Sequence record: NC_048173.1 | Reading direction: 5' to 3' (one strand) | DNA: 64,000 nt | In this document: piece after piece, positions 27,811 through 39,900 of the stretch | Position numbering within the stretch: position 1 is the first letter of the stretch | Layout: each line of letters opens with the position of its first letter | The notes under the pieces: generated by a model | Told to the model about the DNA's origin: nothing | Databases searched by the model: none | Seen by the model: the letters and a program-made list of their open reading frames with translations, nothing else | Made by a program: the position numbers and the translations under genes

Positions 27811-30800
27811 CTACTGTGTGGTGATACGGTTTGTCGCGATGGTAGGTTCGCCATGCACAACTTTTGCGCCCGGTGCTGCAGACGGTTGCGCGCCTGCGGA
27901 ACGGTCACCTGCCCCGCCCATAGACGCCCCACCGGTAACAGCCGTGGCAATCGTAATCAGTTGCGTCAACATCTGACGCTGAACATTCAGAGACTGCTGC
28001 GGAATGGACAGTGAGTTGTCATTAACCGACGCCGGTGTCTCAGTTGGCGCTGAGGACACTGGGTCGCTGCCGACAGCGGCAGTTTGTGCTGCCGCCTGAT
28101 ACTTCTCTTTCTGTTCCGGCGACACGGTTGGATACGTCTGAGACACACCTTCTGCCGCGGTCGACATTGGCTGACTCATATCCGGCGGCGCATCGCTTGC
28201 TTTCACCCCAGCAGGGTTAGGCACGCTGCTCGCGCCCGCGCTTTCCGCAATGGCTTGACCATCACGGGCCCCTTTCTGTTCAATCACCTCATCACGACGC
28301 TCGGCGTTTTCTGCCGGCACGTTCCCCATTTCCGGACCGGACAATGACGTACTGCCCGGGGCGAACTGACGCACGTTCGCTTCAGCGGCCGAGACTTTCT
28401 GACGCATCAGATTGTATACCTGGGCAAACGACCGTGGGTTACCCGATTTATCATAGAAGATAGATGGGTTCGCCGTCGCTGCTTTCGGCATAGCCGCTGC
28501 CGCACTTCCGTTCGGGTTCTGACGCATCGCATTCAAGAACTGCGATACCCCGCCCGCGCCTAAGAAGTGGTGCATGTAGATAGACGTGGCCGATGGGTCT
28601 GAACCGGTCTTCTGCTTAACCACGGAGTGGCCTTCTTTCAGGTACAGCGCTCCCAGAATGGCGTTGGCTACCGGGTCTTTTGGCGAAGTCCCTGCAGGTA
28701 TACCGTACTGGTTGGCGTAGCGCTTCATCATGTCATCCCACGTACCGGATGTGAACTGGAACAGACCGGTTGCACTCGAGCCTTTGGCTTTAATGCTTGG
28801 GTTCATCCCCGATTCAATCATCGCGATAGTCAAGCCGAGTAATGGCGGAATGCCCACTAAACGACAAGCTGCGGTAATGATGTCCTGAATAGAACGGCCG
28901 GACTGACGGATAGACATGTAATCGCCTTGACCGCCTTCGCCCATGGTGAGTCCTTGGTCACGCATAAACGCATCGTTACCAATGTCAGGCACGTTGCCGC
29001 CTGTTACGCCACCATTCCCACTGATACCGGTATTGGCCGCACTGATGGTGTTACTGACGTTATTACGCAGTGCATCAGCGCTACCCCCGGTTTGGTCAGA
29101 GTTGTACAGCGCCGAGTCAAGACGCTCACGTTCGCCACCACTCCCCCCGTTCTCGTAAACCTTCCCGCCTTTCGACCCCATTCGTTTTGCCAGCGATTTG
29201 GCATCGAGCACGTTGCGGATAGCCATGTCTGCTTTCTTCGACAACTCTTTTAAAGTTGCGAGTTCGTCAGTAATGGTACCGGCATCATCATTCGCTGGTC
29301 CGCCGAACGGGTTGATTGGAATGGTCCATACCGACTCTTTAAAGCCGTTACGGTCAGCCTGTGCACGTGAGGTCATTAACGCCACTTCGTACAGATAGCC
29401 ACCACTCAGTACCAGACGGTTCGGGTTAGCCGCTGGCGCATAACGCGCAACCGCCAACACATACGTCACGTACGCTGGGAGGAAACGGAAGGTGAACCAT
29501 GTCATCAGGTCACTCTTACGGTTGGTCTGCATCACACCCGGGACGAGGCCGTTAAGCAGGTTCTCAATCTTACCTTCAAACTTCCCACTGCGTTTATCAA
29601 TACACGGCAACACCGCATCTTCAAACAGCAGCAAGGATTTCACCTGAGCAGGCTCAAGGGTTTTCAGGCCGTACGTTTTCAGACGTACCGATTGCAACGC
29701 ATCCAAGTCTTTCTTCTGCGCTTGTACCTGTTCAACTTGCATCTCGATAATGTCGGTCGATTTCCCGTCACCATCTTTGACCTCGTTCTCTTTGCGCTTC
29801 TCATCGTCTTTACGAATCTCGGCGAACTGGTCAGAGACCGCCGTAGATTCTTTGATAAACGTCTCTTTGTTCGCTAAACGTTTGATGCGGTCGGCGCGAC
29901 GTTCACGGCGACGTTTAATGTCGCTTTCAACCTCTTTCTGTACACTGATGACTTCATCAGCACTTAACAGGTCAGGGTCGCTGAACGTCACCGCATCCCA
30001 CGTTTTCGACATCCAACCGCGGTCCACTTTGCGTGGGTCGGTCAGGGTCTTCAGGAACGGTGAGTCTTTGTCCAACGCCAATTTACCGAAGAGGGTTTTC
30101 ATGTCCTCTTTGGAAACTTTCTTATCATCGCCCAAATCTTCTAAGCGAGGAGCCGATTGTAATTGACGAATGGCCGTTAACCAACGTAAATAGATAGGAA
30201 TGAAACGCTGTTGCGCAAAGGCGTGGAACGCAATCAGTTCCCCTTTGTTCTCCGGGTCAATACCAAAGCCGACCGAGACCTTCTCAGCCTCTTGCGCACT
30301 CAGTCCACGCAGAGAAGCTTCACCGTTGGCCGCAAACGCCACGTACTTACGCAGCTGGTCTTCCAGATACTTCGCTTTCGCGCCGTCATCAGATGACCAC
30401 AGGTCGTAGTCACGGAAGCCGTACTGCGCTAAACGCATGCGGTCGAGGTAACGGGTCGGTTCACGGGTGGCGAGTTTATACCCACCCCACAGTGCAGCCC
30501 CGGCAGCAGCAACACCCAGAATGACCGGCCAACCTACTGCCGTCACAATGGCACTGCCTGCGGCTAATGCCCCACGCCCCAACCACGCTAATGGCGAGAG
30601 TAACGCACCTCCAATCTTCGTCGCGGCTTTCCATGCCCCACCCAAGGCAAACTTGGAGACGATTTTGGTCAGGCCCCAAATCCCTTTGCTCAGTCCAGAG
30701 ATGGCTGTCCACAGGCCGCCCATGATAGTCATGAGCATACCTTTACCGCCTTCCTCTTTTTTACCGAACAGTCCGGAGAAGAATCCTTTCTTCTTCTCAC

Positions 30801-33800
30801 CGTCTTCGCGCTGTTCCTTACGTCGACGGAACCAACGGAAGTAGTCGCGCTTCTCCCCATCCTTGTTGAATTTCACACGTTGTCCAAACTTACTGAACAT
30901 CCCACGGAGCATCCCTTCCGGCATACCGGCTTCTTCTGAAGATTGGCGCATGGTGTTGAACCATGATGCTTCAGAGATGTCGACCAGTCGGGTGAGTTTT
31001 GCGAGAATACCCTCGGACTTCTTCGGCCCCACAAAATCATCAGAACGGGAATGACGCCATGCGTCTAACCGTCCCTTCGCCCCATCGAGATATCCCCCGA
31101 TGCCTCCTTTCACACGACCGGCACGTTGACCCAGGCGTTTCAGGATACCGTGTGTTTGACGACGCGGCCCCATGAAGTCATCGGAGTTCTCGTAACGCAG
31201 CGCCCCCAGACGGCCACGGAAGCGGTCTGCCAAGTTAGCCAAATCCTCATCCAAATCTTGGCGGATTAGTTTCGGATTGATTTTTCCTTTGGCCATCAAA
31301 CGTTCACGATAATATTCTGCAACATCATCGTCACGCCCTTCCAGTGACTCGAGGATACGTTGTTTGGTTTCATCATCAAACCGGTCTGGACGGTAGGAGT
31401 CGATTGCCCCCCGCACACGTCCTGCAAAGCCTTGACCTTTTGCCTTCGCCCGGTTAAACCAGCCTGAACTGCCGACCTTATCACGGAACGCCACCCCTTC
31501 ACGCTGCGCCCGTCGGCGCGCAATGCGGGCAAGTCGTCTCGCACGTTGGAGCACTTCTTTGGCACGCTTACCGTTAGCACCTGGCTCCTCACCCAACTCC
31601 TTAATCCAGCTTTCGTCTTCCGGTTCCCCGGTCATCCGTGCGTTCAGGAGTTTATAGATACGGATAAGGATATGGTTGGTCTTCTTCGCAGGCCCACCAC
31701 CGAAGATGGTGTTGTTGCGGAACCAGCCGTTGTTGTCCCCACTGCCAGAGTCTTTGTTCAGCCATCGGGTAATGAAGTTGTCACCCAGCGATTTCTTCAC
31801 GCCAGTGACCCACTTGCTGTTACGGATGCGATTGTTCATACCGCGCACGTAACCGGGTATCTTACTCAGCTTATCCAAAGCGAAACGACCTATCCCGGTT
31901 ATACGCCCCACCATGCGTCCCAGCGGTGTGCGCACGGCGCGACCCCAACGGTCAACCAGTTTAAAGTTAGGGTTAGCGACTTCAGCCTCGCTGATAATCA
32001 CATCACCTTTCCGGTTAACCACGGCACCCGTAATATCATCCGGGCGGTAGATAACCTTCCCGCCCTTCTGCAGCAGATACTCGCCTTCACGCATCATGTT
32101 CGCACGAATACGCGGACTCTGCTCATTCCCGACGTACATGTCAGGGTAGTTGGTGAACCAGTCTTTGCCGCGCTTAGCAATGTTGCCTACGCCGCCAAAA
32201 CCTTTCCCCAGTCCAGTGACCAGCGTGTTAGCCAGTCCCCCGACCTTTGACCCCAGCACTTCCGTGACCTTCCACCACCGCCCACCTTTGTAGTAGGACA
32301 GCTCCCCGCCAGCTTGCAGGGTTTGTTTGGTGACCACCACTTTCCCGTCAGGGTCGTAGATGTTCCCATTGAGGTTGATGTCGTCGATTTTGTAGACGGC
32401 TTTGGTGATGTTGTTAATCTTCTGGAAATATTGCCCGTTCTTGAGCTTGTTCCCTTCCAATACCACATCGCCATTGGAGTTGTAGATGTCCCGTGCACCG
32501 ATGGCGGCTTTCGCCATAGCCCCGACGCCCCGGAAACCTGACAATACCCCGTCCTTACCGAACTTCAGGGCTTTCGAGAAGAAGCCCGGACCTTCCGACC
32601 CGAACACCTTATTCCCTAATGAACGCAGACCGCGATAACCCCCACGAATACCCCGTCCAATCCCTTCAACCCCTTTACCGGCCGTCTCGCCCATCAGGCC
32701 GAACCATTGGCTAATCAGCCCGCCAGTACGGTGTAGGGCAATACGGCGGCGTTTAGCCCGACGCTTCGCCCGGCGACGGCGAGAGTTACGCTGGTCGCTG
32801 GTTTCCCCGCTCCCGTCTTGATCAGGCCCCTCGTCAACATAGTCCGGCTCACCGGAGTTGAGGAGAATGCCTTGCTCGTCCATCGATTTCACATGCTCGA
32901 GGATTTGCTGCACCAAGTCTTTGCTGGAATGCATGCGGATGGCTTCGACAATCGCTTCACTACCACCTGCACCTGTACCACTCTCTTGACTTAAGGCGCG
33001 TTCACGCATCAAGGTTGGGAAGTTGGTCATCTCTCCGCCGTACAGTACCCCGGAGAGTTCCTGCACAGACAGACCGATACCGCCCCCTCCTTTCGGTGGT
33101 CGTCCTTTCTGCCGTTTACCTTTACCTTTCGGCCCGCTACCCGCACCTAAGTCTTCGCCCGACGTACCAAACCGGTCACGCAGTAAATCCCCCATGGCCG
33201 ACCCATTACCTAACTTACGCGCAATCTCTTGCTCGCGGGTCAAGGAACGTCCAGATTTGGTCTTACCGCTCTCCAGTGTACCGAAGGTGGTATAGATGTC
33301 GGTCAAATCCCCATCGGGGACTAACTCATCTTTAATCGGGTCGTAACGGAAGAGACCGGAATCAATCAATGCCCGGTCACCGTAAATGGCGCGGGCTTCT
33401 TCCACACGTTTCTGATAAGACGTCGCCCCCGCACGCAACCCTCTCATTTCTGAGTTGATTTTGTTCGAGAATTCCGCTGCCCCACCCGTCCCGTTCGACT
33501 GTTTCTGAATCAGGTCTTTGACCTTCATCGTGCCTTCAGCCCCCATGAAGCGACCCAAGACATGGTCGTCTTTCAATAAGGCTTCCGCATTGAACTCACG
33601 GGCGGTGGAGATACGGTCTTCCAAGAACGCACCGAGTTTCTGACGTTGGTCATTGGTCATTGACTTGTCGGTATCGAACATGTCAATCACTTCGTTGATA
33701 CGGGTACGTTGGCGTTCACGCTGTGCATCCGCAGCGACGTGTTTACGCACACGGTTACCCACCACTTTCTTATCCACGAAACCGCGGGTCGTCAAGTCGT

Positions 33801-35250
33801 AGGTTTGGTTAACCGTTTCACCGTAACCCCAACGAATGGAGCGGTTGATTTCTGCCAGCCATGCCGGGATGACTTCATTGATAGATAGCCACGTACGGCG
33901 GTCGAACTTCGCCACCCCCGCCAGCATCTCTCCATCACGCCCACCAATGTCAATCTTCTCACGCTTGTAGCTTGGCGCAATGCCCAGCTCATTCATGACC
34001 TTAAAGACATTCCCAAGGCCCGACTCACGCTCACCTGAAATCGCGGAGTTCGCAATCATCGGCAAGTTCATCAGGTTATACGCGGCCCGGTTAGCAAACG
34101 TATTCGCGCCCTGATGGTCTTCTAAGCGACTACGCACCTTACCCAGCATCTTATCACGCAGGGGGTTAATGAATCGCTTAGAGAGGAAACCGACGCCCAA
34201 CCCGACACCTTTCTGGGCCAAGTTTGTTCGCTGTTTGTCCGGAGAAAGTTCCGACTGGTCATCCAAGTCCATGTCGTCTTCAATCATTGACCCCATGAGC
34301 ATATCGGAAATACCACGACCTTCCGTGAGTACGTTCGATATCTTTTTCTTCATGTTGTCGCGGATTTGCTCAATGAAGGTCTCAGCATAGCGGGCAGGTG
34401 AAATCCACTCCGCTATCTTACGCTTCATTAAGGCCCCGGTAATCTCACCAAACTCTTCTTTGGCGTAGTCCGGTAAGGCCGTGTTCTTCACGATAGCTTC
34501 GAGGGCCGGTGTGTTACGGTCGAACTCGGACTGCTTGAGTTTGGCAATGTCTTGTAGTGCAAACAGCTGACGGTAGGACAGCTCTAACTGTTTACGCTGG
34601 ACATTAATCATCACCCCTTTCTGAAGATTGGTGGTGAGACGAATGTCTTTGGCAATCTGAATCAGCAGGCCCTGATTCTGGTCGCCTTTCATTGTTTCGA
34701 TGGTGCTACGCAGTTTGTCTTCTACTGCGTCTTCTTGCATCTCACGCTGTTCAGCCTGTGACTGTGGCGCATCACCGCCGCCACTGAACACATCCGACAT
34801 CATGCGGTCGATTGCCGCCTGTTGTGGATCGTAGTCCTGACCACCTGAACCGAGGTCGACGTTCTTTGCCCATTTCTCTACCGGATTAACCAACATCTTC
34901 GGCAGATACTTGCGCATCGTCGGAACCATCTGACGCGTCTGCATTTTCAGCGCGCGTTCAGTCTTGACAAGCTCCTCTTTTGTATGAGAGAAGACGTCCG
35001 ACGCAGCGTCCGCGACATTTTTATAGCCTTCGTACGCATCCTCGGTTGCCTTCGGCATCCCCTTCATGATTATGCGGGTACGTTCACCATCAGGGAAAAC
35101 CGAATCGAGCGCAGACTTCCTCGCAGTACGCGCGGTGTCTAATATTGGATTGCGACTCTTCCCGGTTTGTTGACGGGGTGGTTCGTCGAAATCATCGAAG
35201 TCGTCCATGTTGTCGAGATCGATATCGTCAATACCATTTTTCTTTGCCAT
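27811..35250 (-). CDS. Tail tape-measure-like protein with C-terminal lytic transglycosylase (phiKZ gp181-like)
   Basis: 2479 aa; SLT motifs IAMIESG, SSATGLFQF...TW, ANAILGALYL, HFLG; TM-like segment; divergent from the vRNAP genes. Confidence 0.9.
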   Translation of the reverse strand: MAKKNGIDDIDLDNMDDFDDFDEPPRQQTGKSRNPILDTARTARKSALDSVFPDGERTRIIMKGMPKATEDAYEGYKNVADAASDVFSHTKEELVKTERALKMQTRQMVPTMRKYLPKMLVNPVEKWAKNVDLGSGGQDYDPQQAAIDRMMSDVFSGGGDAPQSQAEQREMQEDAVEDKLRSTIETMKGDQNQGLLIQIAKDIRLTTNLQKGVMINVQRKQLELSYRQLFALQDIAKLKQSEFDRNTPALEAIVKNTALPDYAKEEFGEITGALMKRKIAEWISPARYAETFIEQIRDNMKKKISNVLTEGRGISDMLMGSMIEDDMDLDDQSELSPDKQRTNLAQKGVGLGVGFLSKRFINPLRDKMLGKVRSRLEDHQGANTFANRAAYNLMNLPMIANSAISGERESGLGNVFKVMNELGIAPSYKREKIDIGGRDGEMLAGVAKFDRRTWLSINEVIPAWLAEINRSIRWGYGETVNQTYDLTTRGFVDKKVVGNRVRKHVAADAQRERQRTRINEVIDMFDTDKSMTNDQRQKLGAFLEDRISTAREFNAEALLKDDHVLGRFMGAEGTMKVKDLIQKQSNGTGGAAEFSNKINSEMRGLRAGATSYQKRVEEARAIYGDRALIDSGLFRYDPIKDELVPDGDLTDIYTTFGTLESGKTKSGRSLTREQEIARKLGNGSAMGDLLRDRFGTSGEDLGAGSGPKGKGKRQKGRPPKGGGGIGLSVQELSGVLYGGEMTNFPTLMRERALSQESGTGAGGSEAIVEAIRMHSSKDLVQQILEHVKSMDEQGILLNSGEPDYVDEGPDQDGSGETSDQRNSRRRRAKRRAKRRRIALHRTGGLISQWFGLMGETAGKGVEGIGRGIRGGYRGLRSLGNKVFGSEGPGFFSKALKFGKDGVLSGFRGVGAMAKAAIGARDIYNSNGDVVLEGNKLKNGQYFQKINNITKAVYKIDDINLNGNIYDPDGKVVVTKQTLQAGGELSYYKGGRWWKVTEVLGSKVGGLANTLVTGLGKGFGGVGNIAKRGKDWFTNYPDMYVGNEQSPRIRANMMREGEYLLQKGGKVIYRPDDITGAVVNRKGDVIISEAEVANPNFKLVDRWGRAVRTPLGRMVGRITGIGRFALDKLSKIPGYVRGMNNRIRNSKWVTGVKKSLGDNFITRWLNKDSGSGDNNGWFRNNTIFGGGPAKKTNHILIRIYKLLNARMTGEPEDESWIKELGEEPGANGKRAKEVLQRARRLARIARRRAQREGVAFRDKVGSSGWFNRAKAKGQGFAGRVRGAIDSYRPDRFDDETKQRILESLEGRDDDVAEYYRERLMAKGKINPKLIRQDLDEDLANLADRFRGRLGALRYENSDDFMGPRRQTHGILKRLGQRAGRVKGGIGGYLDGAKGRLDAWRHSRSDDFVGPKKSEGILAKLTRLVDISEASWFNTMRQSSEEAGMPEGMLRGMFSKFGQRVKFNKDGEKRDYFRWFRRRKEQREDGEKKKGFFSGLFGKKEEGGKGMLMTIMGGLWTAISGLSKGIWGLTKIVSKFALGGAWKAATKIGGALLSPLAWLGRGALAAGSAIVTAVGWPVILGVAAAGAALWGGYKLATREPTRYLDRMRLAQYGFRDYDLWSSDDGAKAKYLEDQLRKYVAFAANGEASLRGLSAQEAEKVSVGFGIDPENKGELIAFHAFAQQRFIPIYLRWLTAIRQLQSAPRLEDLGDDKKVSKEDMKTLFGKLALDKDSPFLKTLTDPRKVDRGWMSKTWDAVTFSDPDLLSADEVISVQKEVESDIKRRRERRADRIKRLANKETFIKESTAVSDQFAEIRKDDEKRKENEVKDGDGKSTDIIEMQVEQVQAQKKDLDALQSVRLKTYGLKTLEPAQVKSLLLFEDAVLPCIDKRSGKFEGKIENLLNGLVPGVMQTNRKSDLMTWFTFRFLPAYVTYVLAVARYAPAANPNRLVLSGGYLYEVALMTSRAQADRNGFKESVWTIPINPFGGPANDDAGTITDELATLKELSKKADMAIRNVLDAKSLAKRMGSKGGKVYENGGSGGERERLDSALYNSDQTGGSADALRNNVSNTISAANTGISGNGGVTGGNVPDIGNDAFMRDQGLTMGEGGQGDYMSIRQSGRSIQDIITAACRLVGIPPLLGLTIAMIESGMNPSIKAKGSSATGLFQFTSGTWDDMMKRYANQYGIPAGTSPKDPVANAILGALYLKEGHSVVKQKTGSDPSATSIYMHHFLGAGGVSQFLNAMRQNPNGSAAAAMPKAATANPSIFYDKSGNPRSFAQVYNLMRQKVSAAEANVRQFAPGSTSLSGPEMGNVPAENAERRDEVIEQKGARDGQAIAESAGASSVPNPAGVKASDAPPDMSQPMSTAAEGVSQTYPTVSPEQKEKYQAAAQTAAVGSDPVSSAPTETPASVNDNSLSIPQQSLNVQRQMLTQLITIATAVTGGASMGGAGDRSAGAQPSAAPGAKVVHGEPTIATNRITTQ

Positions 35251-35273
35251 AACGATTTTCCGTGGAGTAGACA

Positions 35274-36905
35274 GTGAGAAAGCTGAACTGGGTAGACTTC
35301 TATTTGTTGAACGTCAACAAAAGTCTGGTATCGACCCTAAAACCGATAACCACCACCGACACCTTCGCGGGGATGACCAAGAACTTTCACCCTGAGGGAT
35401 TGTATTCGACCGAAGTATTCGGGCCTGTAGGAAAAGAAGAGCGTGATGCGACATTCGCCTACATCGACGTTAAGCTGGAGATTATCTCGCCAACCGTTGC
35501 GCTGGCACTCTTCGGTCTTAAACAACTTTATGAAGAAATTTGTTCCGGTCGCCGTTATGCCACGTGGAACGAAAAAGAAAAGGACTTCGAGCCTGCCCTG
35601 CCGACGGATGCGGGCGCGGATACAGGCTACACGTTTTTCATGAAGCACTACCTTGAATTGACTCCGGCACGCAATACGTCCTTACGGCGTGATGACACGC
35701 TGGACTTCTTTTTTAAATTTCGCCAATACTCACTGAGCCGCTATGTGCTGGTGCTTCCAGCCGGACTGCGTGACCTGATGATTCGTCAGGATGGGCGAGA
35801 TCAAGAAGAAGAGATTAACCCCATCTACCGTCGTCTGATTACGTTGGCGCGCGCTGTCCCTGAAAAGGCACAGGCGTCGACGATTACGGACCCGGTACGT
35901 TGGAGGATTCAGTCCACCTTTAATGAAATCTGGGAATACTTCTTCACGCTGATGGACGGTAAACGAGGCTATGCGCGCTCGAAGGTTACCAGCCGTAAAA
36001 TCATGAACGGTACGCGAAACGTACTGTCCTCAGCACAGGTCGGCTCCATTGAGATGGGCCGTGAAGACCAGATTCGTGCAACCGATACCCGTCAGGGTTT
36101 GTTGCAGACCTTAAAGGCGTTGCTTCCGGTGGCCCAGCATTACATTCGTGAACGCTATCTGGCCAACATCCGAGCAGGGGACGGAAACCTTTACGGGGTT
36201 AATGTCAAATCATTAAAACGTGAGTTTCTGGAAGTGTCGGGGAAAGTCTATGACCAGTTTGCTACGGACGATGGGATCGAAAAACTCATCAACCGTCTGG
36301 AAGACCGTACTGCACGACACCAACCACTTTATATCGATAAGAACCACTACGTGGCCCTGATTTATCAGGACGACACGCAGTTTAAAGTGTTCTACGATAT
36401 CGATGAATTACCTTCGAACTTCAAGCGCGAGAACGTCAGCGGGATTACCCTCGTTGAGTTACTCTACCTGTCGGGGTATGACATCTGGAACGACTACTTC
36501 ACATTTGTTACCCGTTATCCAGTCGCAGGCCGAGGCTCGACCTACAGCTCGACCATAAGATTGGAAACCACCACCCCGTCTGCCTTGAAAACAGAGCTTG
36601 ATGAGAACTGGGAACCGAAATCAGGTAAGCCTGCTATTTCGTTTCCGCTGCGTCACATTAACGACTTTGTTGAGTCAATGGCGGTACACCCTTCACGACT
36701 GAATGGGCTGGGCGGGGACTACGACGGGGACATGACATCCAGCAATGCCGTGATGAGTGAAGAAGCTTTGGAAGAGAACCGTAAGTGGCTCGACAGCCGC
36801 GAATACTGGTTCGATACTTCCGGTCGTTTCAAGATGAACCCGACCAACGACATCATTGACCGAACGCTCGCTGCGCTATTGAAGCCGCCGGTCAAAAGGA
36901 CCTAG
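35274..36905 (+). CDS. rpoC: Virion RNA polymerase beta' subunit N-terminal/catalytic piece (phiKZ gp180-like)
   Basis: GLYSTEVFG, VLPAGLRD, RKIMNGTRNV and catalytic LGGDYDGD motif. Confidence 0.92.
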   Translation: MRKLNWVDFYLLNVNKSLVSTLKPITTTDTFAGMTKNFHPEGLYSTEVFGPVGKEERDATFAYIDVKLEIISPTVALALFGLKQLYEEICSGRRYATWNEKEKDFEPALPTDAGADTGYTFFMKHYLELTPARNTSLRRDDTLDFFFKFRQYSLSRYVLVLPAGLRDLMIRQDGRDQEEEINPIYRRLITLARAVPEKAQASTITDPVRWRIQSTFNEIWEYFFTLMDGKRGYARSKVTSRKIMNGTRNVLSSAQVGSIEMGREDQIRATDTRQGLLQTLKALLPVAQHYIRERYLANIRAGDGNLYGVNVKSLKREFLEVSGKVYDQFATDDGIEKLINRLEDRTARHQPLYIDKNHYVALIYQDDTQFKVFYDIDELPSNFKRENVSGITLVELLYLSGYDIWNDYFTFVTRYPVAGRGSTYSSTIRLETTTPSALKTELDENWEPKSGKPAISFPLRHINDFVESMAVHPSRLNGLGGDYDGDMTSSNAVMSEEALEENRKWLDSREYWFDTSGRFKMNPTNDIIDRTLAALLKPPVKRT

Positions 36906-36907
36906 TC

Positions 36908-39900
36908 ATGTTGCTGATTAAACAGTTTAATAGAATGTTTTCGGTGCGTATGTTGCAAGAGTACGGTGCACCGCGAATTATCTCGCTGGATAAACTTAAA
37001 ATCCCGCGCGGTTCCATTTACCATAGCTTTGACATGTCGGGGGAGATTGCTCCTCCGCAAACCCTGCCGATTCTGGAACTGGAAAAGCCAGCCCAGATTC
37101 GCCACCACGCTAAACTGGCCGCCGAAGGGTTAGTCGGTCGGCCTATCCCGGTCCCGGTGCAGGGACAAGAGCGTACCATTCTGCAGTACCACCGTAACAA
37201 CCGCCAGATGCGCCGCATGAAGTCTGAAGAAGTCATCATGAAGGATATGCGTACCCTGCTGGTTGAGAACTATGCGCCGATTCTGCCACGTTACCGTTAT
37301 GCGGACACCATCTTTGCGTGGTACGACCGCCTGCGTAACCTGATGATTACCATGCGTGACCAGATTGCGGAAGATGCGGCGAAGTTCCCGCGTCAGAACT
37401 ACATCATGATTGATGTGGGCGACACGATGCCGGCCTTCAACCGTTTTCGCAACACCTATGCTGATCGCACGAACAAAGGGAAGATGGAGAACTTCCAGTC
37501 GTGGAACCTGCTGTGGTTGTTAGAGCTGTTTGCTTGGGCCGACGGCGATCGTGACAACTCCCTGATTGGGCAGATGGACATGACCCAACTGTCGCGTATC
37601 AACATTATCCTGACCCACAACCAAGCGTTCACCACCATTAACTTGGGGATGCTGGAACGTCTGCGCGATGGCGATAAAGGCAAGCTGTCTGATGACCAGA
37701 TGGCGCGTCGTTTCTACCGCACCGTTGTGGCAGTGATGACCCAACCCCCAATTCAGAACATCGACACCGACTTCGTGACCCCGCTGGGTGATGAGTTGCA
37801 CGTTGAGCGTCATGACCCGGCTGAAGACATTACCCCGATTCAGGATTTGGACGATTCTGAACTGGAAGCCGAAATTGCCCGTTTCGACCAGCAGATGTTT
37901 GATGCGGAAGAAGAAGTCAAAGTCAGCAAGCCGAAAGAAGACCAGAAACCAACCACCATCGTGGTGGAGAAAGCCATCAGCCACGATGCCATCATTCAGC
38001 AAGAGCTGGATAAATTGGCCGAGGCCGGTCGTCTGTCCGCGAAAGCCTATCAGGTATTGAAAGAAGCACCGGGCAAATTCAAACAGTTGCCGAACCCGTA
38101 CAACCCGAAAGAGACGTACGGCGATGCACTGGTGATTAAAGACGAAGAACTGGAAGTGGTGCCGGAAGTGGTCTTCAAGGATGCCACGCTGGTCGAGGAC
38201 TCTTGGGTCGAGAACACGACGGATGAGATGATTCGTCGCTACAACAAAACCATGCTGCCAAAAGACATCTTAGGCGCAGTTGCTTCATCACAACGTCTGG
38301 GCTTGGTGATTCATGACCACCGGGTTGAGAAAGAGTATGCGGTAACCGGTAACGTTGAGCATCACAGCCTGCGTATTCAGCCGGTGGGTGGCGAACCGAC
38401 GACTGTCCACTTCTCGATGCCGATTCTGGACCGTGACGGGAACTGGCGGGCGAACGGCGTGGACTACACCATGCGTCGTCAGCGTGTGGATATCCCGATC
38501 CGTAAAGTGGCACACGATACCGTGGCCCTGACCACTGCTTACGGTAAGAACTTTGTTACCCGCAGTGAGAAGGTAGTCAACGACTACGGCCGTTGGTTAA
38601 CCAACGAAGTCGTGATTCGTGCCATTGACATCAAAGACACGCACATCAGTGATGCGCGTCTGGCGAACGTGTTTGACCCTGCGTATGTCTTGCCAAAACA
38701 GTACACCATGATGGCCCGCCGTGTGGCGACCTTTAACTCCATGGGGTATATGTGGAACTTCGACGTCAAGAAGATGGACGAGTTCTTCGGCAAAGAAATC
38801 ATGGCGGACATGGCGAAGAAGAAACTTACGCCAGTGGCCAAAGGGAAAGCGGGACAGATCGCAATGGACGATCAGTCTCAACTGTACATTGTCAAAGGCG
38901 ACAAAGTCGAAGCACAGGGTACCCTTACCGACCTGTTGGCTATCGATGCAACCAAAGCGCCGAAGGAAGTCAGCGAGTTGTCTCTCATGGGCAAATCTAT
39001 CTCGCTCGGCTTTGTGTTCTCTTACTATCTGGGCCTAACCGGAATGCTCAAGCACTTCGGGGTTCGCTATGAGGTGCTCCCGCCGGGTCAACGACTTGAC
39101 AAATCTGAGTACGACATGATTATCCGTCTGGCTGACGCGAAGATTGTCGTGATGTGTGACAGCGACCAGCAACGCATGGTCGTCAACGGGATGGACAAGT
39201 ACCTCAAGCACATGACCACGTATACCGAGTCGGAAATGGAGCGTGAGGACGTCTACCTGAACCTGCTCATGGAAGGAGATAAACTGACTGCCCGCTACGT
39301 GAACGAACTGACGCTGATGCGTAAAGGTTTCGTTGATGACATGCACGCCCGTATCCTGCGGCGCATGGGCGAACCTGAAACCTTTATCGGCCTGCTGGAA
39401 CGGGCAAATGAAATGCTGACCAACGACCACACCAAGCCGGAGATTAACGGCGAAGAGATGATGTTCGTGGGCAATGCGCGCTTGGCCTACCATCTGTACG
39501 GGGCACTGGCCAAAGCTAACCGTAACTATCTGAACGCACCGGTTTCACAACGCCGCTTTGAGCTGCCGAATGAACTGGTCTGGGGAGCGATTAACTCCGA
39601 CCCATCTGTGTTGGTAACACAGGGGGCGAACCCAATCCAATCGATTAAAGAAAAAGACGTCATTACCATGGGTGGTACCGGTGGTCGTGACCGTAAGACC
39701 ATGGTGAAGCACACGCGTGCGTTTACCAAGTCAGATTTGGGTGTGGTATCTGGCGACACCGTCGATAACGGTGACGTAGGGATTACCTCCTTCCTGTCGG
39801 CGAATCCACAGTTTGCAACGGTGGACGGGTTGACGAAACCACGGGAATTGGACGGACAACCTATCGGGAGTCTGATGTCGTTTTGTGTTGGGTTGGCGCC

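Noticed and set aside
31546-32250. 234-aa plus-strand ORF inside the tape-measure gene
   Set aside because: Antisense shadow ORF with no independent support.
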